Of a DNA stretch of 64,000 nucleotides, positions 27,350 through 40,839 are shown one piece after another. This DNA comes from Lama guanicoe (lineage: Eukaryota). The position numbers and the translations under genes are program-made. The stretch covers positions 4,020,161 to 4,084,160 of the forward strand of contig MU054323.1 in NCBI GenBank assembly GCA_013239625.1, written 5' to 3'. Each line of letters opens with the position of its first letter. Positions within the stretch are counted from its first letter, which is position 1. Below the pieces are notes generated by a model, which saw only the letters and a list, made by a program, of their open reading frames with translations, was not told where the DNA came from and did not search any database.

Positions 27350-28545
27350 GTTTTTAACAGCTCTGTTGAGATATAATTCACATACCATATAGTCACCCAA
27401 TTAAAGTATATCATTCAATAGCTTTTAGTATAATCACAGAACTGTGTAGCCATCACCACAATCTAATTTTAGAACATTTTCATCACACCAAAAAGAAACT
27501 CTGTGCCCATTAGCCATCACCACCCAATGTCCCCATTTCACCCCCAGCCCTAGGTAAGCACTAATCTACTTTCTATCGCTATAGATTTGCCTATTATGAC
27601 GTGTCATATAAATGGAATCATATAATACGTGCTCTTTTGTGACTGGTTTCTTTCATCTGTCATAATGTTTTCAAGGTTCATCCTGTTGTGGCGTTTATTA
27701 CAGTTTCATTCTTTGCTATTGCCAAAACATATTCCATTATATGAATGTACCAATCTTTGTTTTATTCATTCATCAGCAGTTGGACATTTGGGTGGTTTCT
27801 ACTTTTTGACTATTATGAATAATGTGGCTATGCAGCATTATTTACAATACCTAAGATGTGGAAATAATCTAAGTGTCCATCAACAGGTGAATAAAGTGGT
27901 ATATGTATACAATGAAATATCATTCTGCCATAAAAAAGGAGGAAATCCTGCCACTGTGACAACATGGATGGACCTTGAGGGCATTAAGTTCAGCAAAATA
28001 AATCAGATAGAGAAAGACAACTACTGTATGATCACACTTATATGCTGAATTTAAAAACAAGCCAACAAACTCATAGAAAAAGAGATCACATTTGTAGTTA
28101 CTAGAAGTGAGGGGGAGGGGAAACTGGATGCAGATGGTCAAAAGGTACAAACTTCCAGTTAAAGATAAGTACTAGAGGTGTAATGTATATTATGATGACT
28201 AAAGTTAACATTGTGTATTGTATGTATGGGTTAAGGGAGTAAATCCTAAGAGGTCTCATTACAAGGAAAAATAGAATTTTTTCTTTTTCTTTGTATCTAT
28301 ATGAGATGATGGATGTTAACTAACAACTTATTGTGGTCATCATTTTACAATATACATAAGTCAAGTCATTATTCTGTCTGTTTTCAACTTATACAATGCT
28401 GTATGTCAATTATTTCTCAAGAAAACTGGAAAAAAAGCAGCTCTGAACATTCACGATCAAGTGCTTGTGTGGACAAGTTTTCATCTCTCTTGGGTATATG
28501 TCTAGGAGTAGAATTGCTGGGTCATACGGTAACTCTTTGTTTAAC
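27350..28545 (-). mobile_element. L1MB-like 3' end, split by a nested + strand L1
   Basis: ttgagatataattcacataccatata...catcaccacaatctaattttagaacattttcatcac; resumes after 28440 ([20 protein letters not shown]). Confidence 0.88.
27832..28437 (+). mobile_element. Nested L1 3' end (L1MA-like)
   Basis: cagcattatttacaata...acatggatggaccttgagggcattaag...tatttctcaagaaaactggaaaaaaa. Confidence 0.88.
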
Positions 28546-28864
28546 CCTGTTAGGAATTGAGAACTACAGACAAAAACGGGAATTTTTCCTAGGAAAATGT
28601 TAAGGACTGAAAGGAGATCAATATTGGGACTGAAAGGGACTGTCCCCAGCCAGACTGCTCTAAGTCTGAAAATCTGGATATCAAGGGTGGTAACCAATAA
28701 CACTTCCTGGGCAACACAGAAAGCAAAAGTGCAAGTGGATTTCCCATTAGTGCTAACATCCCAAGATTTTTTCTGTAAATTATTTCTACATGGTATGTCT
28801 TAGAAGTACTTCAGGAGAAATTGTGAAGATTTCATTGCCTAGAGTCAGGTATGAATCTTGTAAA

Positions 28865-29052
28865 GCTGTGCTGTCCAATATGATGGCCATTAGTTATATG
28901 TGGCTTTTACAATTAAATCAATTAAAATAAAATGACATTTAAAATTCTATTCCTCAGTTGTACCAGCCACACTACAGGTGCTCAGTAGCCACTTGTGATT
29001 TGCGGCCACTGTACTGGGCATTTCTCTCACTGCAGAAAGTTCCACCAGACAG
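28865..29052. mobile_element. MER3/MER33-like hAT-Charlie element
   Basis: gtgctgtccaata...tatgtggct...gtgctcagtagccacttgtg...tcactgcagaaagttc. Confidence 0.8.
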
Positions 29053-29065
29053 GGTTGTTGTAAAA

Positions 29066-29287
29066 CAGAGGTTCTCAAAAGGTGACAGTTGATACCTCCC
29101 CCTTCCCCTGAGAAACCTGGCAATGTCTGGAGACATTCTGCTTTTTACGTCTTGGGGAAGGGAGGCTGCTACTGGTATGCAGTGGGCAGAGGCCAGGGAT
29201 GTTGCTAAATAGCCTTTAATGCACTGGGCAGCCTCCACACAACCAGTCATCCAAAAACGTCAACAGAGCCACGGTTGAGAAACGCTG
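29066..29287. mobile_element. MER20 hAT-Charlie element
   Basis: cagaggttctcaa...ggcaatgtctggagacatt...gaggccagggatgttgctaaa...ggttgagaaacgctg. Confidence 0.9.
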
Positions 29288-29296
29288 TTCTAAAGC

Positions 29297-29486
29297 TGTC
29301 ATGTCCAAACCTGAATAGCTTCTTATCAAAAAATCAAAAGAAACACCTGGTTAGCTTTTTAAAAATTTATATACTTGAGTCCCATCCCTCAGATTCTGAT
29401 TAAGGAAGTATGAAGAGAACCCAGGAGTCTGTTTTTCAGGAGCTTTCCAAGTGATTCTTAGGACTGGCAAGATCCAAGAACTACTG
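29297..29486. mobile_element. MER5-like hAT-Charlie element
   Basis: cacctggttagcttttt...cagattctgattaag...cccaggagtctgttttt...ccaagtgattctt...aagaactactg. Confidence 0.7.
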
Positions 29487-31514
29487 TGTGAAAGTAGGTG
29501 GACTCTCGGCTTTTAATTCTGGAGAAAATCACCTGGTGAACATTAGCGGCACTCCCAGAACAGATTAACGGCTCCAAGGCCATTTACCTCCTCTGTTTAA
29601 TTTCTCCAATTACTTACTTCTCAATTAATGGGGTCATTAAGCATTTAAGGCCTGCGTTAATGTCCCTCCTTATTTAAAAAAATTTCATTCTGCATAAATC
29701 CAGTTTGCAAATGATTACATCTTATTAATTATTGTATACTTTCTGTTTACAAACAGAGCAAGACTTAGAAAATGTTTGGCAGCTGTCTGTGTTGGCTGGC
29801 GTTTGATGGGAAACAGCTGAGCAAACAGGCAAACCAGCCCTGTAGGCAGCATGGCACAGCATATTAGTATCCATTCCTTTGCTACCAACTAAGTTAATAT
29901 GTGGAGGTGGGATTCATTTTACGTGGTTTGAAGTTGCGTACTTTAAGGTCAATACAATTCTTCTGAACTTAGAAAAGTGTAAAAAATGAATTAATTTTAA
30001 CTTTAAGACATTATTTCTTTCCATTTTCCATCACTCTGTAACAAATTACAAAAAGGGAACAGCTCCTGCCCTTAAGAAACTTAAAAGGTCGTAGTGGAAA
30101 ATGAGACATAAACACACGTATCTATAAGAAAAAACGATGTTAAACATTTTGAGAGGATACAAATTTGAGAGGAAGAGCTCCTTCTGGCTGGAGAGATCTG
30201 GGAAATTTTCAGCATCTTCACTCACTCAATAGATGTTTGCTGCTGCTACCTCGCACTGGTTCCATCACGTGAGGAACTGGGGCTAAGCAGGTGCAATCCC
30301 TCTACCATAGAATTTTATTTCCTGAAGACTAGCCAGTCAGTCACCAGTTATTTATTGTGTGCCTACAGTGAGCCAAGCATCCAGACCCGCAATGATGATC
30401 CAAAGTGATTCGTGTTTAGATAGAAGAACACAGTGCAATTAATTACTGGCTGGATTTCTAATCACACTGAATCCTCCTTTCTAAGCACAGACATTTCTCT
30501 GACCTCATTTGCAAGGCCAGTCTCACAGGGCACCCACTCACCCTGAGCAATCATTTAATCATGACAGTGAGTTTAGCAGCAGCTATTTAGTACCATGTTG
30601 CAATCACCCAGTGGATCGTCTCTGGCATCCTCCCAGGAACCAGAATTGTAACTAAGAAACCACTGACATGATTCTTGGTTTGTTAATACCTTGGAGGAAA
30701 TTTTGTGATAGAACTAATACAGAACTGATAAGCGTTGACTCTTTATCTGCAAAACTGGTAGCTATGTCATCTGTAAGATTATTCAGGAATATGATAACTA
30801 TACAGCACTCTTTGTTGTGTGAAGTTTATAGCATGACTGGCTCTTTTTCAACATCAACATAATTTTAAGGTATAAAACATTTCAAACATATCAAAAGTAC
30901 ACAAAACAATATAACAGGCAGCTACATGTACTCCCTATAATGCCTAAAACATAATATTTTTCTTTTTTTGCCATCAGTTCTGTCTCTGTCATTTTCTCTG
31001 GAACAGAAATGAAATAAAATATTAAAGACATAGCTACAATGCCCTTTGTGCTCCCCCCGCCCCCAATTCCTCAGGCTTCTTTCCTCCCAGAGGAAAACTA
31101 GTATCCTGAAGTTGATAAATTAGCATTTTAATTCTTATGAGAATTCTAATTCTAAATGAGAATTAAGAATTAACATTTGAATAGAAAAATGAAATTTAAA
31201 TATTCTTCTATAAATGGATGTGCATATACACAATATATTGTTCATTTAACATTTACACAGATGTACAATATTGTACACACCCTTTTGAAACTTATTTTAA
31301 TTCAAAGCTGTATTTTCAAGATTTTTACGTATAGGTAGATTCAGTTCATACATTTTCACTGCTGGACAGGAGTACATTCATTCAACCTTAGCTGTAGCTC
31401 AGGTCTCTTTTTCCCATAGTATTTTTTATTTGCCTTTCCCTTTCTTGATCAGTCCCACAAGAGGTCTGTTTATCATATTCATTTTTTCAAACATAGGACT
31501 TTATCTTTTACCTT

Positions 31515-33630
31515 TATTTTCAGATAACATTATACTACACATACAAAATCCTAAAGATGCCAACAGAAAACTACTAGAGCTCACCAATGCTTTTGGTAAA
31601 GTTGCAGGATACAAAATTAGTATACAGAAATCTATTGCACATCCATATACTAAGAATGAAGTATCAGAAAGAAAAATTATGGCAATAATCTCATTTACTA
31701 TTACATCAAAAAGAATGTAATATCTAGGAATAAATCTACCTAAGGAAGTAAAAGAAGTCTACTCTGAGAACTATAAGACAGTGATGAAAGCAGCTGAAGA
31801 TGATACAATCAGATGGAAAGATATACCATGTTCGTGGATTGGAAGAATCAATGCTGTTAAAATTACAATAGTAATGAAGGCCATCTTCAGATTCAATGCA
31901 CTCCTATCAAAATATCAATGGGATTTTTCACAGAACTAGAAAAAAATTTTTTAAAATTTGTATGGAAACACAAAAAACCACAAATTGCCAAAACAATTTT
32001 GAGAAAGAAGAATTGAGCTAGAGGATTCATCCTCCCTGACTTCACACTACAAAGCTAATCAGAACAGTATGGTACAAGCACAAAAACAGACACATAGATC
32101 AATGGAACAGGTTGGAAATCCCAGAAATAAATCTGCATACTTATATGGTCAATTAACCTATGACAAAGGGTGCAAGAATGTACGATGGATTAAAGATAGT
32201 CTCTTCAGTAAGCGGTGCTGGGAATACTGGACAGCTTCAGGTAACAGCATGAAATTAGAACATTCTCTAATACTATATACAAAAGTAAATTTGAAGTGGA
32301 TTAAAGTTCTAAACATAAGACCAGATATTATAAAACTCCTAGAGGAAAACATCTGCAGAACACTGTGATATGAATTGCAGCAATTTCTTTTTTCCATTCA
32401 TCTTCTTAAGCAAAGGAAATAAAAGCAAAAATAAACAAATGGGACCTAATAAAATGTAAAAGCTTTGGTACAAGGAAACCATTGACAAAACAAAAGGACA
32501 ACCACTGTATGGGAGAAAACATTTGCAAACGATATGACCAACAAGGGACATATCCAACATATATAAACAGCTCACACAACTCAACATCAAAAATACAAAA
32601 ACAAAAACAAGTAACTCAACTGAAAAATTGGCAGAAGAACTGAACAGACATTTTTCCAAAGAGGAAATGCAGATGACCAATAAACATGTGAAAAGATAAT
32701 CAATACTGTTAATCACTAAGGGAATGCAAATCAAAACTACAATATCATCTCACATCTGACAGAATGGCTATCACCAAAAAACCCCCCAAAATAACAAATG
32801 TTGGTGAGGATGTGGGGAAAAGGGAACCCTCCTATAATGTTGGTGGGTATATAAACTGGTGCAGCCACTGTGGAAAGCAGTAAGGAAGTTTCTCAAACTA
32901 AAACAAAACTATTACATGACTCGGTAATTCCACTGCTGAGTACGTATGTGAAAAAAAAAAACCCCATTAATTTGGAAAGATATATAGGGGTGGAAGTATA
33001 GCTCAGCAATAAAGCATGTGCTTAGCATGCACGGGGTCCTGGGTTCACCCTCTAGTACCCCCATTAAAAAAAGATAAAAAAGAAAAGATATATGCACCCT
33101 GATGTTCATAGCAACAGTATTTACAATTGTCCAGATTTGGAAGCAACCTAAGTGTTCATCAACAGATGAATGGATAAAGAAGATGTGATATCTATATATA
33201 GATATATATGTAGATATCCATATATGCCATGGAATACTACTCAGCCATAAAAAGAATGAAATTTTGCCATTTGTAGCAACAGGGATAGAGGGCATTATAC
33301 TAAGTGAAATAAGTCAGACAAAGATAAATACCATATGATAGCATTTATATGTGGAATCTACAAATATAACAAACTAGTGAATATAACAAGAAAGAAGCGA
33401 ACTCACAGATATAGAGAACAAACTAGTGGTTACCAGTTGGGAGGGAGAGGAGAGGCAATATAGAGGTGGGAGGAATAGGAGGTCCAAACTACTGGGAGTA
33501 AGATAGGCTCAAGATGAATTGTACAACATGGAGAATATATCAATATTTTGTAGTAATTGTAAATGGAAAGCAACGTTTAAAATATATTTAAAAAATTAAA
33601 AATAAAATGAAATAAAATTGAAAAAAAGAT
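31515..33630 (+). mobile_element. L1, 5'-truncated (ORF2 RT/C-terminus, 3' UTR, A-rich tail)
   Basis: FSDNIILHIQNPKDANRKLLELTNAFGKVAGYKISIQKS and later L1 ORF2 peptides with stops and frameshifts; A-rich end at about 33600-33628. Confidence 0.95.
32987..33083 (+). mobile_element. Vic-1-like SINE nested in L1 with a 10-bp TSD
   Basis: ggggtggaagtatagctcag...gcttagcatgcacggggtcctgggttca...A-tail; TSD aaagatatat at 32976-32985 and 33084-33093. Confidence 0.88.
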
Positions 33631-35537
33631 AATTCTTCTAACAGGTTTTAACTTCATTCTTATCCATGTCCTTCTTCTATGTTATGTTGACATTGCCAAC
33701 AGTTTTAATTCCACATAATCATTAAATTTGTTTAAACACTTTTCACTTTTCTTTCGAGGAATCTTCAATTGCATAATATTTCACAGCTGTATCAGCAATC
33801 ATTTAAATTTATGCTAATTATTCAATTAGAAGAGATTAGTTTCCTTCTCATTTTAACTCTTCTGATATCAGGAATTCTGTTGGCTAAAGAGAATCAAATC
33901 GCAAGACCAGCCCATATTTAAAGGAAGGGAAATAAACTCCTTCACTCAATTGTAAGATCTGCAGAGCCATTTTGCATTCTAACCTTTCTGGTACCCGCCC
34001 ATCTTCAGAAAAGGCTACTATGAAATCAGTGGTGTGTCTTAAAATTGACAGTGTCTTAGATGTGAGTTTGCTACATATACAGTAATGCCAACTCAGCTCA
34101 CCTCCACATTAATCCTTCATTAAAAAATACTGAGTACCTGTGTGTAAGACACTGGACTAGGTGCAGGAGGTACCAGCAGTGAGATAGGTAGATGTGATTC
34201 TGGTCCTTATCTAACTTACCTTAGGTCTACAGTCCATAGTCGCAGGGTTCTGTTAATTTGATGTTCTAAATAGTCTTGAACGTGATCCACCTTCTCTCTG
34301 TTTCCTACTTGCACTCTGGCTCAGGCCCTTATCATGTCTTACATCTGTTACTGCAAAAACCCCTCTCTCTACAAATCCATTTTTCCTACAAAAGTCTGTG
34401 ATTTTATTTCATTATCCCTTAAACTTAGTTGGCTCAATCAGTTCTAGGATGAAGTTCATACTCTAGAAAACATCATGCTCTGTTCTCTGTAATCAGGTTC
34501 CGCCTACTCTTAGGCTGCTTCTCAATTTTCCCTTGTGCACTGCTGCCCTGATTTTAGTTCTCAGTGCACTTCCTGCTATTTTTCTCTTCTTTGCCTTGGT
34601 CTGTATGACCCTGACATGCCTCCATGTCCTCTGTCTATACTTGGTTGACTCCTCCTCGTCCTTAAAGGCTTAATTCAGTGTCACCTTTTAGAGTTTAGGA
34701 GGAAAAGCAGAGTTGAAGGTTTCAGGAAACATTATGAGAAGGGACTTGAAAGCAATGAGGACGGAGGTGGCTACCGGACTGAAGGACGGGCTGTGCTGGC
34801 AAATGGGAAAGAGCTGGGTGGAAAGGAAAGGGAGCAGGGGCTGTGATGACAGGATGAAGCCTGGGCCTTGGAGAAGGAACAGGACAGGAGCTCCCAAAGA
34901 GGACGAAGAAGAGAAGAGTGTGGGCTTGTGTGGGAAGTCTTAGCCTTTCAGCTGTTCAGGAGGAGGTGACCCTGAACCAGGGATGTTTCTGGGACCTAGG
35001 AGAAGACATAGGGAAATGGAAACAAATGATGCCCTTCTCTGTACTACTTAAAAATGTATAGTGTAGCATAGCTCGTGATATATATACAACATTTCGGAAA
35101 AATATTTCAACAATATCATTTTTAACAGCCACAAAGTAACCCATTGTGTGATCTGAATTCCTTATTGTTCAATCACGTTGTCATAACAAAGCTCTATGGA
35201 ATGCCCCATAGCTAGATTTTTGCTCATAGCCACAATAATTTCTTTAAGAGAAATGATTGGGGGTTGGAGAGTAGTTGTGGGAAAGGGGAATGCCAGGGCA
35301 AAGGATATCAACAATTTTAAGGCTTTTAATATGTAGTTTTAAAATTGCTCCAATTAATACTTCTACCACAAGTATATGACAGTATCTGCTCCCCCATGTT
35401 CTCAAACACTGTATATTGGGGGAAAAAAAAGGTCATGTTTAATTGTATCTTTAGTAGAAAAAACATCTTACCTTAGAAAGTGACGGAATGACTTCATATG
35501 AATAGACATCTAGTGTGAGATCATCACTAACCAAGTT

Positions 35538-35557
35538 TGTGCTGCCTCCTGGTGGCA
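35538..35557 (-). promoter_or_regulatory. Candidate CTCF site
   Basis: Minus strand reads TGCCACCAGGAGGCAGCACA, one mismatch to the CCASYAGRKGGCRS consensus. Confidence 0.55.
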
Positions 35558-35589
35558 CCTAACAAACCAACAAGACAGAAAACCCAGAC

Positions 35590-35785
35590 TTTTTTTAAAG
35601 TTGAAATTTAGTCAGTTACAATGTGTCAATTTGTGGTGTACATCATGTTTCAGTCATATCCATACATACATATATTCATTTTCATATTCTTTTTCATTAT
35701 AGGTTACTACAAGATATTGAATACATTCCCTGGGCTATACAGAAAACATTTGATTTTTATCTGTTTTATATATAGTAGTTAATAT
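35590..35785 (-). mobile_element. Young L1 3' end fragment
   Basis: Similar to 10909-11127 (tagtcagttaca...tacaagatattgaata..ttccctg.gctata). Confidence 0.82.
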
Positions 35786-37458
35786 TTTTGAACAAGTCCT
35801 CAGTGTTAATTTATTTAATACTGAAGTTCTAGAAAGCAGGTGGCAGAAATAGAAAAAATGGACCTGACTTTAGGATATTGGAAGATATGGGAACTAGAGG
35901 AAAAATATTCTTACCCATAGTATAGTACATGGGCTGATGTGCATGATGCACTGAGAGATGATTTATTAAACTGAATGATAACCAAAGAAAATTAATGTTT
36001 CAATGGCGTGTTCTGAGGAAGGACCACATGCAGCTTCCATGAAAGGGTGATGGAAACGACTATATTTTATGTATTTAATAATTGCTTTTCCAACAAGATG
36101 GTGAACACAATGAGGTATAAAAAGATTAGGAGACTTTCCCAGTGTCCTATTCTTCTAGGGTAACTGTTTCACTGAAAAGAACACTCTTAATAGTAGTCAT
36201 ACACTCTGGATCTTAGACTGGTTTGGTGAAGCAGGGTTATTTTTACTTTTCTACTGCTCCTGTGCGCAAAACAGTGTTCTCTACTAGGGACAAAGTAAGA
36301 AAAGATAAGGTGAAGAGGTGTAAAGACAAATGACAGCTGTGGCCCTAAAAGAGCTAATCTACTGCTCTTTTCCAAGGTCCCACCCTCTGTTCTGCTTTGC
36401 TCACGTGTTCTGGGGGAATCTCAGATACTCCCAGAACTCCAAATACCATCTGCACAGTAATGGACTTGTTCCATCAACCTTTCACTCAAAGAGTCAAGGA
36501 GGAAAAACAATTTGTTCACTATTATTTCTGTAAGTCTTGATGTTGTAGGAGAAACAGACATCAGATAGCCACAGAAATAAGTATACATTTACATATTATG
36601 ATAAGGGGAAAAGGTTCAGGTTGCTATGAGAAAAATAAAATTTAGTAGTTCAGTAGTTCTTAAGCTTTTTTGCTTTCATACCCCTATGGCTTCCATATCT
36701 CTAGTGACTAAATGATTCATTGAGGACTTGACTACGTTCTTCAATTTTTGTTTTTCTTTTTTGCGCTACCATTAGCGACTACTTGACTTGAATCATCTTT
36801 CCTAGTTTATGGGAAGTTTCACAAGAAGGCCTTATCAAAAATAACCAAATTACACATACTATTCTTTCACTTAGATGTGACTTCCTTAGCAGATATACTC
36901 AGAAAATATAGTTAATTTCTACTCTTTTTCAAATCTTTTTTTCTTTTTTCATTGAGATATAACACATCAAGTGCAGTCATCTTAAGTGTACAGACCAATG
37001 AACTTTTAACATAAAGACACTGGTAGCAATGAGATCTTTAATAACATTTATACTTTATAAGGTGTTAGTTTCAACAAAATCGTGGAATTGAAGATTTGGT
37101 GAATTCAATTTTTAAAAAGACTGGCATGTAATCTAATTGCCAAAGTGAATTCTCATTTTCAAATCATTTAGCCAAGTTTATTTTCTTTCAGATCAATTCT
37201 GCTTCTTTCATTTCAAATCAACATTTTAGTTAAGCATCTCTATGATAATCATCTTATTTCTGAATTCTAATTCTAAGATTGCTAAATAAGGAAAGGACAC
37301 TTGCTATGCATTTTAGCTTCGATGAAATAAAGTACTTCTTTAAAACGTCTTACCTACATTTTGGGGTTTGTTCTAATAGAACTCTCTTGGGAATACTGCA
37401 TTTAAAAAAAATGTCAAAGAGATGTAAGGAAAAAAATGAAATCTGTTCTCAACTTTGC

Positions 37459-37633
37459 TAGAGTTACCAGTTAAAATACAGAATGCCCAGTTAAATTTGA
37501 ATTTCAGAAATGAATAATTTTTCAGTGTTTTTGTATATTTGGGACATTTTTATATTGAAACTTTTTTTTGATATCTAAAATTAAAAGTTTAACTGGGTTT
37601 CTCTATTTTTACTTGCTAAATGTGCCAACTCTA
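37459..37633. mobile_element. MER53 palindromic hAT MITE
   Basis: tagagttaccag.taaaatacagaatgcccagttaaatttgaatttcaga...tttaactggg...gccaactcta matches MER53 and its internal inverted symmetry. Confidence 0.88.
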
Positions 37634-38239
37634 CTCATTTGACTCTACGTTATGTCTAATTATTAATAACCCAATATGTACCAGAATACTCCATTTTTAA
37701 TGTTTTGCCTTTCAGAGACATATGGATAATATAGGGAAAGACACAAAGAGAAGTTTCACTGATGCTAATACTTTGAACTTCTGCCTATCTCGTCTTTGAA
37801 GGAAATTTACACTCCAGGGAAAAGCATAATAACAAATAGAGGTAACAGAGACACACCTTTATTTTATGAAGTGGGACCAGGGCAGTAGTGAAAAGGAAGG
37901 AGAAAAGGAGAACCAGCCATCTGCGTTGGGCGTGTGGGTGGCTTGGTTCTCAGGCAGATCAACGTCAGGAAAGACGTAAAAGGTCACCTCACGTAAAATG
38001 TGAGGCTGTGGAAATTAACTCTTTTAATACTATTACGCCTGTGCCCCCCTTGGAAAGTCTTTCGGCATTTCTAAGTATATGGTAATCCAGTTTGATCACT
38101 GCTAACTCACAGTCTATGGAAATCTTCTCAGAGGAAGTGGCGTTTAAGCTGAGAGATGAAGGATGAGTAGGAGGAAGTTAAGTGCAGTGGGCAGTCGGTC
38201 CATCAGATGTTCATAGAAACTTCTCCCAGCAGATCTCAG

Positions 38240-39925
38240 GAAAAATCATGCAAGTTAGAAAGTGGAAGGCAATAATTGAAGTTAAAGTGTCCCAAAGTCC
38301 TTGTATTGTTTAAGCGGAGGGAAAAGATACTAGTTTCAGAATTTGTTCAGTGAAATAGGTGTTACAAATTTCAGGGTGGCCACCAGAAGATGGTACCAGA
38401 GTGAACCACTTTCCAAGTGGTAGAGAAAAAAAAGGCATGTGGAGGCAGGGGTTGGACAAGGAAGGATAGATTAAATAAAAATTCAATCCACTGCAAAGAA
38501 AGCGTTAATGAAGAAACCTAGAAGTAACAAAAACGTTAACACTTAAAATTGTAGGAATAAATTACAAAGCAGAGGAAATCACGATAAATGAACATCATTG
38601 GACCAAAGGTAAAAAGAAGCTTCTAAAGCTGAGCGAACAAACATTGTATAAACAAGCAAAAATGAGTAAACAAACATTGAGATACATGTTATTTACACTG
38701 GACACACTTAAAACATGAGGATACAAAAGATTTGTAAGGAAAAGGATAGAAAAAGCTAAACCAAGGCAAATATCAACTAAATGAAAGTTGGCACAGCTAA
38801 ATTAGTATCAGGCAAAATAGATTCTACCGTAAAAATTTTCTGGATGTGAAGTTCACCACAAATTGATAAAATGTTACATTTATCAAGAAAAATTTTAAAC
38901 CTTTATGTACTTTATAAAATAGATTCAAAATATAGAAAGGGAAAATTGTCAGCCCTACAAGAAGCTGACAAAAATCACTTTCTGTATCTGATTAGCTGAC
39001 AGAAACATCAGTAAGCATATGGAACACTTCAACACAATCAACAACTTGATCTAATGGATATGTGTATATATTTCTAAAATGATCAGATATGAGGCCATGA
39101 AGCAAGTCTCAAGAAATTTTAAGTAACTAGTATCATAGTGACCAGACTCTATGACCACAACACAATTAAATGCATGTAAGACGTAAATGAATAACAAAAA
39201 GCTAAAAATTCACTTCCACATATCTGGAAATTAAGAAAAATTGTCTTTGACCCAGATTACAAAAGAAATCTCAGTAGGAATTAGAATAATTTAAAACTGA
39301 ACGGTAAAGAAATTATGCCATAAAAACTTAAGGAATACAACTAAAGCCATACAAGAAAATTCATAGCTTAATTACATGCTTTTAGGAAACGAGAGGTTAA
39401 AAATAAAGACAGTAAACATTCAATGAAAGATACTGAAATAAGTAACAGAACTCAAAGAAATTTTAAAAAAGGAAATAATACAGATAGGAAATAAGGAAAT
39501 AAATATGAAATAGAGAACAATTAGAACAAGAAAAACCAATAGAGATGATTAATAGTATTTGTCAAGAAAAAAATGAGAAGACATAAATAAACAAAATACA
39601 GAATAAAGGATGAAATGGTCACAGGCACAGATTTTAAAATAATATGCTTGTATTATTAAAACTATATTTTAATAAACTTGAAAACCTAGGGGAAATGGAT
39701 AAACTGATAGAAAAAATAAAATGACAAAATTCAGGCAAGAAATAAAAATCTTCACTAGACCTGTGAGTATGAAAGAATTTACATGATAGTCGAAGATTTC
39801 TGTCTTCTCTAAAACCTAGATGACTTTGTAGCTGTTTTTATTTTTTCCAAGGAACTGTTAATTACTTTGTAATATAAATTGCTACAGAATATAGAAAAAT
39901 AGTGTGGGATAGCTCATTTTATGAA
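38240..39925 (+). mobile_element. Ancient L1 (L1ME/L1M5-like) ORF2 5' region
   Basis: A-rich sense L1 text (aacacaatcaacaacttgatctaatgga, gaccacaacacaattaaa, aaacttgaaaacctaggggaaatggataaa). Confidence 0.75.
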
Positions 39926-39942
39926 GCTAGTGTAATTTTTTA

Positions 39943-40435
39943 TTTAAAAAAATGTTTTTACTATAAATTTTTAAAAATTGAACATATATATATTCGTTGT
40001 CATATTTTCTTTCACTATGAGCTACCACAAGATCTTGTATACGTTTCCCTGTGCTATACAGTATAATCTTGTTTATCTATTCTACATTTTGAAATCCCAG
40101 TCTGTCCCTCTCACCCCCCTTGGCAACCACAAGTTTGTATTCTATGTCTATGAGTCTGTTTCTGTTTTGTATTTATGTTCTTTCTTTTTTTTAGATTCCA
40201 CATATGAGTGATCTCATATGATATTTTTCTCTCTCTTTCTGGCTTACTTCACTTAGAATGACATTCTCCAGGGACATCCATGTTGCTGCTAATGGCGTTA
40301 TGTTGCCGGTTTTTACGGCTGAATAGTATTCCATTGTATAAATATACCACATCTTCTTTAACCAGTCATCTGTTGATGGACATTTAGGCTGTTTCCATGT
40401 CTTGGCTATTGTAAATAGTGCTGCTATAAACACTG
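39943..40435 (-). mobile_element. Young L1 3' fragment with a ~17-bp TSD
   Basis: ORF 40191-40433 translates to MFIAALFTIAKTWKQPKCPSTDDWLKKMWYIYTMEYYSA; TSD gctagtgtaatttttta at 39926-39942 and 40436-40452. Confidence 0.92.
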
Positions 40436-40839
40436 GCTAGTGTAATTTTTTAAACTTAACTTTTTTTTTCTTTTTCCTTTGAAATAACTTACTGGAAAGA
40501 TACAAGAGTATAAAGAACATGACCCTCCCCCAAACCCCAAAATCTTGAGAGCAAACTACTGATGTCATACCCAATTACTCCGAATGCTTCAATATCTATG
40601 TCCTACGAGCAAGAACTTTTTCCTACATAACTTCCTGATCCCTGGTGTTTTGGGGTTAACATCATAAATGACTACTATCTATTGCACAGGTCCAATTCAA
40701 GTTTCTACAAAACAGAAACAGAATTAAACGCAATAGCGTATATAAATACCTGATTAACAGGTGCTCAATAGACGCCGTTACTTTGACTAGTCTGTAGATT
40801 CACTGGAGGCTCCGAGGTTTCTCTCTTGGGAGCCACGGC

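Noticed and set aside
1..40800. APOB coding exons or another protein-coding gene upstream
   Set aside because: No ORF resembles APOB or any other recognisable cellular protein; all identifiable peptides are LINE-derived.
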